64,000 nt of DNA, taken from positions 1-64,000 of the forward strand of contig MCFH01000013.1 in the NCBI GenBank assembly GCA_002104945.1. The letters are read 5' to 3'. Below, one piece after another: positions 41,717 to 52,032 of the stretch (its first letter is position 1; each line of letters starts with the position of its first letter). A program made the translations under genes and the position numbers. This DNA comes from Piromyces finnis finn. Taxonomy: Eukaryota; Fungi; Neocallimastigomycota. Under the pieces are notes generated by a model, which did not search any database, had not been told where the DNA came from, and saw only the letters and a list, made by a program, of their open reading frames with translations.

Positions 41717-42997
41717 TGTTATCTTATATTGTTTTATCTCGAAAGCTATTGTACGAGCTTTAACAATATTTACTAGTTTTATTAAATATATTTAATTTAT
41801 TTTATAATTTTGATAGTTTTATTATTTTAATAATATTTATATAGAATAATAACACCAGATTTATTCTATAAAATATTATTTATTATTAACACAATAATTA
41901 CAAATTAGACAAGTTTAATTTCGTTTTTATATTTTCTTTTATTTATTGTTTTTACACTCTTTTTTAACAATAATTTTTATTATATAAAAACTTATTTTTG
42001 TCTTCTAAATATTATTATGTATTATTTAATTAACTATATTGATTATTATTAAAATTTTAACTTAGTATTAATAATCTAAGTCTTCCTATTTTTTACTAAA
42101 AAATATTATTATTCTTTATATTAAAAATTATTTTTATAATTTAACCCAATCAAATATATAAATTTATAAAATATTTGATTTTATGTTAAATTATATTTTT
42201 ATAATAAACTATATAAAATTATTTAATAATTATTTATATAATAAAATTTTCTACTAATATCAAATGTATAATATATTTATAATTATTATTTATCATTTGT
42301 GTTAAGGAACCAATAAATAATGTTATTCTTGTCATAATTAATGATTATGACCTAATCCATTATTGTTCCTAAATGTATGAAAACTTTACAATATTCTTAT
42401 TTGTAAATTAATGTATACACTTAAATTATATTTAAAATTATTAATAATTATTTTTATTGAACTTAAATTTTATTTATTAAACTTAAAATTAATTTAGTAA
42501 TAATAATATATTGAAAATTATAGTTTATTGAACTTTTAGTTTAATTTATCAAATTAATGAATTTTTTATTAATTAAAATTATGAATAATATTTTTGTAAA
42601 ATAGTAAAATTCTTTAGTTAAATATATTTAAAGTAAACTTTTAATGTATATTAATCAATTTAATAATATGTATAAATATTTATTATAATAGCAATGTAAT
42701 TCTATTATTAATTTAAAAGTAATTTAAATACTAAAATTAATGTAAATAATTAAAGACTAATTCTTTTATTTAACACTACTTAATTTTTTACAAAAAGTAT
42801 AAAAAGATGTATATTATAAGAATTAGAAAGAGAGATATTTTTAATTACTTTTTTTTATTTTTATTTTATATTAATTTCTTAATAAAACAAATTTATTAAT
42901 AAAACAATTTTTCTTATTTCATTTTAATATTATTTTTGAGTATTAATAAAATTTATTAATATTTTATAAATAAAATTAAATTCCTCGAACCGTAACA
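41717..42997. other. AT-rich segment with TGTTA...TAACA ends, possible solo LTR
   Basis: Only the 5-bp terminal inverted repeat supports it. There is no second copy and no TSD. Confidence 0.25.
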
Positions 42998-43001
42998 TTT
43001 G

Positions 43002-43778
43002 TGATACAAGATGCATAGAAAAATATAATATTTTAAATATTTTATGAATAATATCTAATCCTTTTATAAATTGTATAATAATTACTAATGATAATAATAA
43101 TTAAACTATATTAGTATAAATTATTATTACGCAAATGTTACACATATATTAGAATAATTAATTACACAAGAAATGAAAAGATATAAAAATAGTGATAAAG
43201 GACAAGATATAAAAAGAGAGAGAACTTTTCATTTATAAATAATATTTGATATTTTAGTTTTAAGTATAAGTTTTATTTTATTTCATTTTATTTTAATAGT
43301 TCTAGTTTAGGTTAGTTTTAGGTTAATAATTACGTATTTAGTATTTATTATATTTAATTCAGTTTAAAATATTAATTATAAAAGAAAAGAATATTTATTG
43401 TTTATTTATATTATTTCAGAAAAGTTATATTTTATTATTAATAGTAATTTTATCGACATATTTTTATATTTACATTTTATATTCAACTATTTATATTTAT
43501 TAAACAATAACTTTCGATTCTACTAGTATTGAATGTTATTAATGTTATAATCATAATAATAATAATAATAATTAAATAAAGAAACTTTAAATCAAAATCT
43601 ATTTAATTATATTATTATAAAATTTATTATTTTTACTATTTATTTTTATTATTTATTTTTATTATTATAAAATAGAAATAAATACAATATTATCTAATAT
43701 ATTATTCAACTATCATTCCCTATTGCTAACGTTCACAATTATATTTTATTTATGGCGTCTTTGAAATATATTGCATCA
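43002..43778 (+). repeat. Solo LTR, family I, 4-bp TSD TTTG
   Basis: TGATAC...GCATCA termini with TTTG at 42998-43001 and 43779-43782. Confidence 0.85.
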
Positions 43779-43784
43779 TTTGTC

Positions 43785-44380
43785 TGTAAGAAATTAGATT
43801 TATTTTATAATAAATAATCTATATTTCTTATTAAAATTAATTTATTATATTTTTTATTTAACCTTTAATATTTTATTAAATTTTATTAAATTTTATTAAA
43901 TTTTATTATAATACATAATGTATTTTAAATGTAATGTAAATTATTGTATTTAGAAAAAATCGATTATTAGAATTTTCCCGAATCCATTCGGTTTTATCTA
44001 ATAATACGATGATTGATAAGAATAGATTATCAATCGAAACTTTTCTAGTTTTTTCTTCTAATCTTTTTCTAGAAAAGAAATTAATTAAGATTAGAACTTT
44101 CTTTTATTCTTTAAATTCTTATATAAAAAGACCTCTTGAGTTTCATTTGAAAATCAAGAGTTATTATTATAAGAAATTATAATAAATAACATAAATAAAT
44201 AGATACACTTTTAATATTAATAAAACATTCTTATAATAAAAAATATTTTAAACCCTAACACGAACGTTATTTATTGTAGGCTCTTATAATAAACTCGATA
44301 AGTATATTTTTCTTTATTTTAATAAATAGTTTCCTTATAACTATCTCATTTTAACAATTAGTATTAAAATGTAGCTAATA
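43785..44380 (+). repeat. Diverged probable LTR (family J), truncated by D LTR
   Basis: Starts TGTAAGAAAT and shows inverted homology to 35280-35700. Confidence 0.45.
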
Positions 44381-45995
44381 TGTTAAGTTTTGGGGTTTGG
44401 TTATGCGGCCAGGTCAGAATGTTATTAATTATATAGTAAATATGTTTTTTAAGAAATTAAATTTAAATGTACAATAACACTTTAAACTTCCAAATGAAAA
44501 ATTAATATTTATTTTTTTTTTTGAATAACTTTTTATAAAATTTTATTTATTTAGTAATAATAATATAAATGATAATATATTTAATAACTATATAATTAAG
44601 ATTATAACTATAATCTTTACAAAGAATTAAAATCGAATTCAAATCATTCTATTTTATATTCTTTGTTCAGATTATTAAATTGATAAAAATAAAGTATTAC
44701 ATGTAATATGTTAATAATATAATTAAATAAGTAATAAGATTGTTTGTTTGTTTGTTTGTTTGTTTGTTTGTCATGACATAAAAATAAAATAAACATATGA
44801 TTAATCATTTAAACACTTGATCCATTAACCTATTTTATAATAATTAGAATTATTTAATTTATAAATGTTAACTGTTACACCTAAATGGTTTAGTTCTATT
44901 TTTAGTAACAGTCACTATCATTAATTAAATTAATATAATTAAAATTTCTATTGATATATTTTTAATTTTCGTCAAGTCATAAGAAATGTCTATGATCCAT
45001 ACTTGATATCATATTAATTTTAATTTACTTATTAAAATCTTTAAATGATCATATCTTCCTTAAATGACCAGTTAGAAGGACCGCGATTGTACCAAAATGT
45101 AGCTTTTTCCTTAAGCTTTCTAATAAACTTGGTTTCACAACCGTAATACTTACAGCCTTAGCGTTCGTTTTTGGCGAGTTACACCTTGTTTCGTGTTTGT
45201 TTATTTTTGGTTAAGGGTTATAGTGTATTGATATTAAATTTTTTGAAATCATAACCCTTTCACTGAACCAAAATTTAAAAGGTGACTTTTAAAGGTGTTT
45301 TAAAATAATTATTGGGATTATTTAATTCTAATTATTATGTTTAATTAATTATAGATATTATCTGAATTTGTTTTAAATCCAGTTAATATCTTGTAAAGAT
45401 ATCAAACGCCTCTGTTTGATATCTTTAATGTAACTTAAGCCACAAGTATTATTGTTTAAGTTACACAAATTATATTCAGAAAAAGAAAATGAGACATAAT
45501 TTATTTATTAATAATTAAAGTTTAAAACAAAATAAATTATTAATTTATTTTTAATGTTTAACAAGTAAATTAATATTCTCAATTTAAATCCCTAGTTTTA
45601 GTATTGTTTTTTTATAGAAATAGATAAATAATAAATGATTAATATATCAATAATACATGGGCACATATTCAAATTAAATGGTACTTAATTTGAATTGCCA
45701 ATTGTATTTTACTAAAAATAGTTATAGTTTAAATATTTATTAATAATTAAGATTTTAGTGTAGATTTTAAATAATAATATATAAGAAATAAATAGTTATA
45801 ATATAATATAAATGTATTTAGGAAAAATATAAATAGAAGATATTTTTCATCATTTTATCGATGTAATTGTTATTAATAAAATTTCTATTATAATAAAAGA
45901 TATTTTTAATAAAACAATTTTTTATTTTATTTTAAATTTTGTGTTATTGTAATAGAATAGATATCCTAATCTATTCTTTCTGTGTCAGCATTACA

Positions 45996-46006
45996 ATAAC
46001 AATTAC
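45996..46006 (+). promoter_or_regulatory. Self-complementary PBS of element E (ATAACAATTAC)
   Basis: Exact reverse complement of GTAATTGTTAT at 45863-45873 in the same LTR. Confidence 0.85.
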
Positions 46007-46044
46007 CTAACTACTTCAAGAGTACGTTAGGATATCTACCGCCC

Positions 46045-46140
46045 GAAGAAACTTTGTTGCTACCTTGGTTCAAGAGAGTATTGAAGAAACTTTGTTGCTA
46101 CCTTGGTTCAAGAGAGTATTGAAGAAACTTTGTTGCTACC
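46045..46140 (+). repeat. 38-bp tandem repeat (2.5 copies) in the leader of E
   Basis: GAAGAAACTTTGTTGCTACCTTGGTTCAAGAGAGTATT starts at 46045, 46083 and (partial) 46121. Confidence 0.92.
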
Positions 46141-46150
46141 CTAGCAGAAG

Positions 46151-46186
<36 letters not shown>

Positions 46187-46297
46187 ACTCTGATTAATAT
46201 TATTATTATATAATACAAAACTTGTTCGACACTGTATAACAGATCGAGTTTGAATAACTTTTGTATTAACTAACATCGTTTTTGTAGAAATAGTTTT

Positions 46298-46341
<44 letters not shown>

Positions 46342-46397
46342 ACTTACTTGAAACAGTAGTAAGAAAACATTTTTTATATTTTGTTTTATATTTAACG

Positions 46398-49300
46398 TTG
46401 GAGGACTTAATTAGTGAGTTTGAAAATTTAAATTTAGAGATGGGTGATAGGACTGTGGGTGTTTCTGGGAATTCGGGGAACATTATTAATGCTCCACCGA
46501 TATTTTCTGGTAAACAAAGAGAATTGGATGGATTTTTAACCAGAGTTGAGTTGGTATTTCGTACTCGACCGACACTGTATAATACAGATCGAGTCAAGGT
46601 CGACTTCGTTATATCATACTTCTCTGGTAAACCTTTGGAATGGGCTTCAGTGTTGATGAAGAATAATAGTGGGGTTTTAAACCATTATGATGAATTTGTA
46701 GATAGGTTGAAGGCTAATTTTGGCAGTTATAGATACGATACCGTTGTAGCTAACGGTAAATTAGATAATCTTCGCCAAAGGAAACTTGGTCAGGTATTAG
46801 ATTACATTACCGAGTTTCAACGTATTAGCCAAAATTCAAGCTTTAATGACAGCGCAAAAATCTACATGTTTCTGAAAGGTTTATTACCACCACTTAGGGA
46901 GAAGTTGGCTTTCATTGAATCAAACCCAACTTCAATTGAACAATTGATTTCTTCAACTATTTTAGTTGAAGATATGATGAAAAGGAATTCTCTAAGTGAA
47001 TTTTATTTTAATGGTAGAAGGGCTAACGATCCTATGGATGTGGATGTATTTAGAATTAGTAGAGAAAATAAACGCAAAAGGTATGTGAATATCCAAGGAT
47101 CAAGTAAAAATTACAATGAAAACATAGACAACTTTGAAGAAGAAAAGAAAAAGGGGTTATGTTTTCTTTGTAAACAACCAGGACATTTAAAATTTAATTG
47201 TCCTAATAGAGTAAAGCCCAGAAAAGTGTTAAGAATTGTGAAAGAAAGGACTCCAAAAATTGTTAATCCAAAAATTTACAAAGTTGGAGTCAAGGGAGTG
47301 AAAAGTGATTTAAACCTTGTGGATTTTTACTTGAGTACCAATGAAGTTTCGGAAGTTAAAATTAAGGTTTTAATTGATTCCGGTTCTGAATTAAATTTCA
47401 TTAATCCAAGTCTTGCTGAAGAACTTGGTATTAATTTGGAAAAAGTGGAACCATTCCGTGTTTCAGGTGTTAGTGATGGAGTTGTTAGTGTTTGGGAAAG
47501 GACTGAGAAGTGCATGCTCCGTTGCAAAAATCACTTCGAAGTAATTCAACTTTATGGATTACAAGTCCCCGGTGTTGATGTTATTCTTGGTTTGCCGTGG
47601 ATAAAGAAGCATAATCCAAATGCTTTCTACGACTCTAAGAAAATCGCTTTTAGTTCTGGTTATTGTGCCAGACACTGTAACAAAGGTAAAAGAAAAAGAA
47701 AACCAAGAAAGAAGTCCAAGAATGATCAATTAGATCATGATGTTCTCGACCGAAGCTTAACCAAAAAACCGAAAGTAGATTCCTCCGTCCCAAACCATGA
47801 AGAAAAAGAATATGTTAAAGGCCGCCTTGTTAGAACCATTAATGATGAAGATGACAGCGATGATGAATATATTAGTTTTAATAAAAAAGTTAAATGTATT
47901 GTAACGAAAATTAATGAAACATGTAATAATGATAATGAATCATGTAGTAATAATAATAATGAAAAGAATATTAATAAAGATAAATTGGTCGCCGTACCAA
48001 CCCAATATTTAGAATTTAGTGAAGTGTTTAACGAAAAAAATTGTGAAGTGTTACCTCCTCATAGACCTTATGATTGTGAAATCAAACTTAAGGATGATTC
48101 AACTTTATTTTATGGACCCTTGTATCCATTAACTGAAGTTGAAAGAGAGGAACTTAAAAAGTATATAGATGAAAATTTAAATAAAGGTTTTATTAGGAAA
48201 TCATCGTCTCCTGCTGGTGCCCCAATTTTGTTTGTTAAAAAGAAGGACGGTTCCTTAAGACTTTGTATTGATTATAGAAGGTTGAATAATATTACCATTC
48301 GTAATTCATATCCTTTACCTTTAATAAGTGACCTTTTGGATAGGGTGAAAAATGCTAAGATTTTTACCAAATTAGACCTTAAATCCGCTTATAATCTTGT
48401 TCGTATTAAAGAAGGTGACGAATACAAAACGGCTTTTCGTACTAGGTATGGTCATTTTGAATATCTGGTTATGCCTTTTGGATTAAAGAATGCACCTGCA
48501 ACTTTTCAACACTTCATTAACGATGTCCTTAGTGACTATTTAGACGATTTTGTTATCTCATATATTGATGATATTCTTATTTATTCTAATAATATCGAAG
48601 AACATCATGAGCATGTTAAAAAGGTACTTAAGAAACTACTTGAAAATAATCTTTATGTTAAATTAGAAAAATGTGAGTTTGATGTTGAGAAAACCACTTT
48701 TCTTGGTTATGTCATTTCAAAGGATGGATTGCAAATGGATGAAAATAAAGTTAAAGCAATTCTCGATTGGCCGGTTCCCAAGAATGTTAAAGAGGTTCAG
48801 TCTTTTATTGGTTTATGCAACTATTACAGAATTTTTATTAAAGACTTTGCTAAAATTGCAAACCCTCTTCACAAACTCACTAGAAAGAATGTTGCTTTTA
48901 ACTGGGTGAAAGAAGATCAGGACGCTTTTATTTTATTAAAATCTCTGTTCACGTCAGCTCCTATTCTGAAACATGCGGATAGTAATAAACAATTTATTGT
49001 AGAAACTGATGCTAGTAATTATGCTGTCGGTGCTATTCTCTCTCAAGAATTTGATGGCAAATTACATCCTATTGCATTTCTTTCTAAAAGTTTGACGAGT
49101 TGTCAAAGAAACTATCCTATATATGACAAGGAACTTTTAGCTATTGTAGTTGCTCTTGAAGAATGGCGTCATTATTTAGAAGGTGCACGCCATCCGTTCA
49201 TAATTTATACTGATCACAAGAATTTAACATTTCCTAGAAAACCTGAAATGTTATCTCAGAGACAAATTAGATGGAATTTGTTCTTATCCAGATTTGATTT

Positions 49301-50987
49301 TAAACTCATTTATAGAGCTGGAAAGAAATCCGGTAAGCCTGATATCCTGTCTCGTAGAAGTGACCATTTAGAGAATAATATTAATTCTGATGTTTCTTGT
49401 CTTACTATTTCGTTTCATCATAGCGATAACAAACCGTTAATCGATTCTATTTTATTAGAACTTAAAAATGACGATTTGTATAATTCTATTGTCCAATTTA
49501 AAATGAATGGTTCTGCATGTAATGCACCTATTAAAAATATTGATAAAGTTATTATTGATAACGAAGGATTTTTGTTATATAATAATCTTATTTATGTTCC
49601 TAAATCTCTTAGGACAAGAGTTTTGGAACTTCATCATGATTCTGTTGCTGCTGGTCATTTCGGTATTAAGAAAACCACTGAACTGATTTCCAGAAACTTT
49701 TGGTGGCCAAGGTTTCATTCAGACGTTAAATCTTTTATCAAATCTTGCGTGACTTGTTGCAAATCCAAAGTCCCCAGACATAAGCCTTATGGATTGTTAT
49801 CCCCTTTGGACACTCCCAGTAGGCCCTGGTCTGATATTTCTATTGATTTTATTGTTGATCTTCCTAAGTCCAGAGATATGACAACTCTCATGGTTGTTGT
49901 CGATAGATTTACTAAATTTGCTCACGCCATTCCTTTACGTTGTCTTCCTACTGCTTCGATTGCTGCTGATGCTTTTATTGCTAATGTCTTCCGTTTGCAT
50001 GGTCTTCCTGATTCCATCATTTCTGATAGAGGCTCGCAATTTACTTCTGACTTTTGGTCAAGACTTTGTGACCTTCTTAATATCAATCATTCATTGTCAA
50101 CTGCTAACCATCCGCAGACAGATGGTCAAACGGAGAGGGTGAACGGCATATTAGAACAATATTTCCGTTGTTTTATCAATAAAAAGCAGAATAACTGGGT
50201 TGATCTTATCCCGTTTGCTGAATTTGCTTATAATAATACTTTACAGCAATCTATAAATCAATCCCCATTCTTTGCTAATTATGGTTTTCATCCAAAGTTC
50301 AGCTTGGAAATCCCGGCTAATGATAGACCTAGTAGAGCTGAACAAAGAGTAATTGATATGAATGAAAACTTTAAATTATTAAAAGAAAACTTAGAAAAAG
50401 CAAAAGAAACATATAAGAAATATGCCGATATGAAGAGAATGATTCCCCCGGAGTTCGAAGTGGGAAAGAAGGTATGGTTATTGAAAGATTCTCCTGGAAC
50501 TAACCTAAAGAGAAAATTAGCACCTCAAATGCTTGGCCCATTTGAGATAATTGAAAAAGTTAGTTCTCTCGCTTTCAAATTGAAACTTCCAAAGACAATG
50601 AGATGTCATCCAGTCTTTCATGTTTCATTGTTAGAACCATACTTTGAAAACAAGTTTAACGACAGGTCTAATCGTAGGAAGAGGAACGTTCACCTTAACA
50701 CAGATTTAATTGAAAAAATTCCAGAGAAAATTGAAAAGATGAAATCTGTTAATGGTGAAACATTTTATAAGTTATCATGGAAAGGATTTGACAAATCCAC
50801 TTGGATTTCTGAAGATCAGATTCCAGATAAACAATTAATACAAGAGTTTGAAAGAAACTCTAAAAAGTCAAAATATAAGTCGAACGACTCCTCCATGAAA
50901 ATTAGAAAGAATAAAGTTAGTAATCTAATCAAGCACAGATACCAACCATTTGTAATTGAAATTCCTTCGAGAAAAGATTCCTTATAA
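46398..50987 (+). CDS. pol: Element E gag-pol polyprotein (gag, CCHC, PR, RT, RNase H, IN, chromodomain-like)
   Basis: Uninterrupted 1529-codon ORF: CFLCKQPGHLKFNC, LIDSGS, YIDD, TDAS, HHCC, SDRG and FYKLSWKGF. The first codon is TTG; the first ATG is at 46440. Confidence 0.96.
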   Translation: MEDLISEFENLNLEMGDRTVGVSGNSGNIINAPPIFSGKQRELDGFLTRVELVFRTRPTLYNTDRVKVDFVISYFSGKPLEWASVLMKNNSGVLNHYDEFVDRLKANFGSYRYDTVVANGKLDNLRQRKLGQVLDYITEFQRISQNSSFNDSAKIYMFLKGLLPPLREKLAFIESNPTSIEQLISSTILVEDMMKRNSLSEFYFNGRRANDPMDVDVFRISRENKRKRYVNIQGSSKNYNENIDNFEEEKKKGLCFLCKQPGHLKFNCPNRVKPRKVLRIVKERTPKIVNPKIYKVGVKGVKSDLNLVDFYLSTNEVSEVKIKVLIDSGSELNFINPSLAEELGINLEKVEPFRVSGVSDGVVSVWERTEKCMLRCKNHFEVIQLYGLQVPGVDVILGLPWIKKHNPNAFYDSKKIAFSSGYCARHCNKGKRKRKPRKKSKNDQLDHDVLDRSLTKKPKVDSSVPNHEEKEYVKGRLVRTINDEDDSDDEYISFNKKVKCIVTKINETCNNDNESCSNNNNEKNINKDKLVAVPTQYLEFSEVFNEKNCEVLPPHRPYDCEIKLKDDSTLFYGPLYPLTEVEREELKKYIDENLNKGFIRKSSSPAGAPILFVKKKDGSLRLCIDYRRLNNITIRNSYPLPLISDLLDRVKNAKIFTKLDLKSAYNLVRIKEGDEYKTAFRTRYGHFEYLVMPFGLKNAPATFQHFINDVLSDYLDDFVISYIDDILIYSNNIEEHHEHVKKVLKKLLENNLYVKLEKCEFDVEKTTFLGYVISKDGLQMDENKVKAILDWPVPKNVKEVQSFIGLCNYYRIFIKDFAKIANPLHKLTRKNVAFNWVKEDQDAFILLKSLFTSAPILKHADSNKQFIVETDASNYAVGAILSQEFDGKLHPIAFLSKSLTSCQRNYPIYDKELLAIVVALEEWRHYLEGARHPFIIYTDHKNLTFPRKPEMLSQRQIRWNLFLSRFDFKLIYRAGKKSGKPDILSRRSDHLENNINSDVSCLTISFHHSDNKPLIDSILLELKNDDLYNSIVQFKMNGSACNAPIKNIDKVIIDNEGFLLYNNLIYVPKSLRTRVLELHHDSVAAGHFGIKKTTELISRNFWWPRFHSDVKSFIKSCVTCCKSKVPRHKPYGLLSPLDTPSRPWSDISIDFIVDLPKSRDMTTLMVVVDRFTKFAHAIPLRCLPTASIAADAFIANVFRLHGLPDSIISDRGSQFTSDFWSRLCDLLNINHSLSTANHPQTDGQTERVNGILEQYFRCFINKKQNNWVDLIPFAEFAYNNTLQQSINQSPFFANYGFHPKFSLEIPANDRPSRAEQRVIDMNENFKLLKENLEKAKETYKKYADMKRMIPPEFEVGKKVWLLKDSPGTNLKRKLAPQMLGPFEIIEKVSSLAFKLKLPKTMRCHPVFHVSLLEPYFENKFNDRSNRRKRNVHLNTDLIEKIPEKIEKMKSVNGETFYKLSWKGFDKSTWISEDQIPDKQLIQEFERNSKKSKYKSNDSSMKIRKNKVSNLIKHRYQPFVIEIPSRKDSL

Positions 50988-52032
50988 ATTAATCTCGCAG
51001 GAGCTCGACTTAGAGAGAGAGATTGTAAAGATATCAAACGCCTCTGTTTGATATCTTTAATGTAACTTAAGCCACAAGTATTATTGTTTAAGTTACACAA
51101 ATTATATTCAGAAAAAGAAAATGAGACATAATTTATTTATTAATAATTAAAGTTTAAAACAAAATAAATTATTAATTTATTTTTAATGTTTAACAAGTAA
51201 ATTAATATTCTCAATTTAAATCCCTAGTTTTAGTATTGTTTTTTTATAGAAATAGATAAATAATAAATGATTAATATATCAATAATACATGGGCACATAT
51301 TCAAATTAAATGGTACTTAATTTGAATTGCCAATTGTATTTTACTAAAAATAGTTATAGTTTAAATATTTATTAATAATTAAGATTTTAGTGTAGATTTT
51401 AAATAATAATATATAAGAAATAAATAGTTATAATATAATATAAATGTATTTAGGAAAAATATAAATAGAAGATATTTTTCATCATTTTATCGATGTAATT
51501 GTTATTAATAAAATTTCTATTATAATAAAAGATATTTTTAATAAAACAATTTTTTATTTTATTTTAAATTTTGTGTTATTGTAATAGAATAGATATCCTA
51601 ATCTATTCTTTCTGTGTCAGCATTACATATCTTCACAACGCCCTCCCTAGGAATTCGTATTCCAGACGAATTCTAGAAACTGGAGCGAGAAATAAAAATT
51701 TTTGATTTTAAAAAATTTTTACGAGAGGAATAATTTCAAAAGGTCACTTGGCCATTGTGAGATTTTTGAAATTTCACTTTTTGAAAAATTTCTTTGTTGA
51801 TAAAATTTTAATAATAAAATTGATAAAGTAAGATTTAAAAATGATAATAGAAATAAAAAAAATTAAGTTTTAATATAATAATTGAAAAATATTAAAAGTA
51901 AAAATTTTGAAATGTTGAAATTTCAAAATTTTGTGATGAGTTAAATTTCGAAATTTAGTTGTTATAAAAATTTTTTGTAATTGTTGTAAAAGTTATTTTT
52001 AGAGAATTATTGACTTATTAATATAGTAATAA

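Larger units (their letters stand above)
45392..51627 (+). mobile_element. Intact chromovirus-type Ty3/Gypsy element E with 5-bp TSD TATCT
   Basis: 604-bp LTRs 45392-45995 and 51024-51627 with no differences seen by eye. TATCT at 45387-45391 and 51628-51632. PPT AGAGAGAGAGAT. Confidence 0.97.

Noticed and set aside
46045-46140. CRISPR-like array
   Set aside because: The 38-bp units are contiguous with no spacers and lie in a retroelement leader. The 45-bp units at 31341 are coding.
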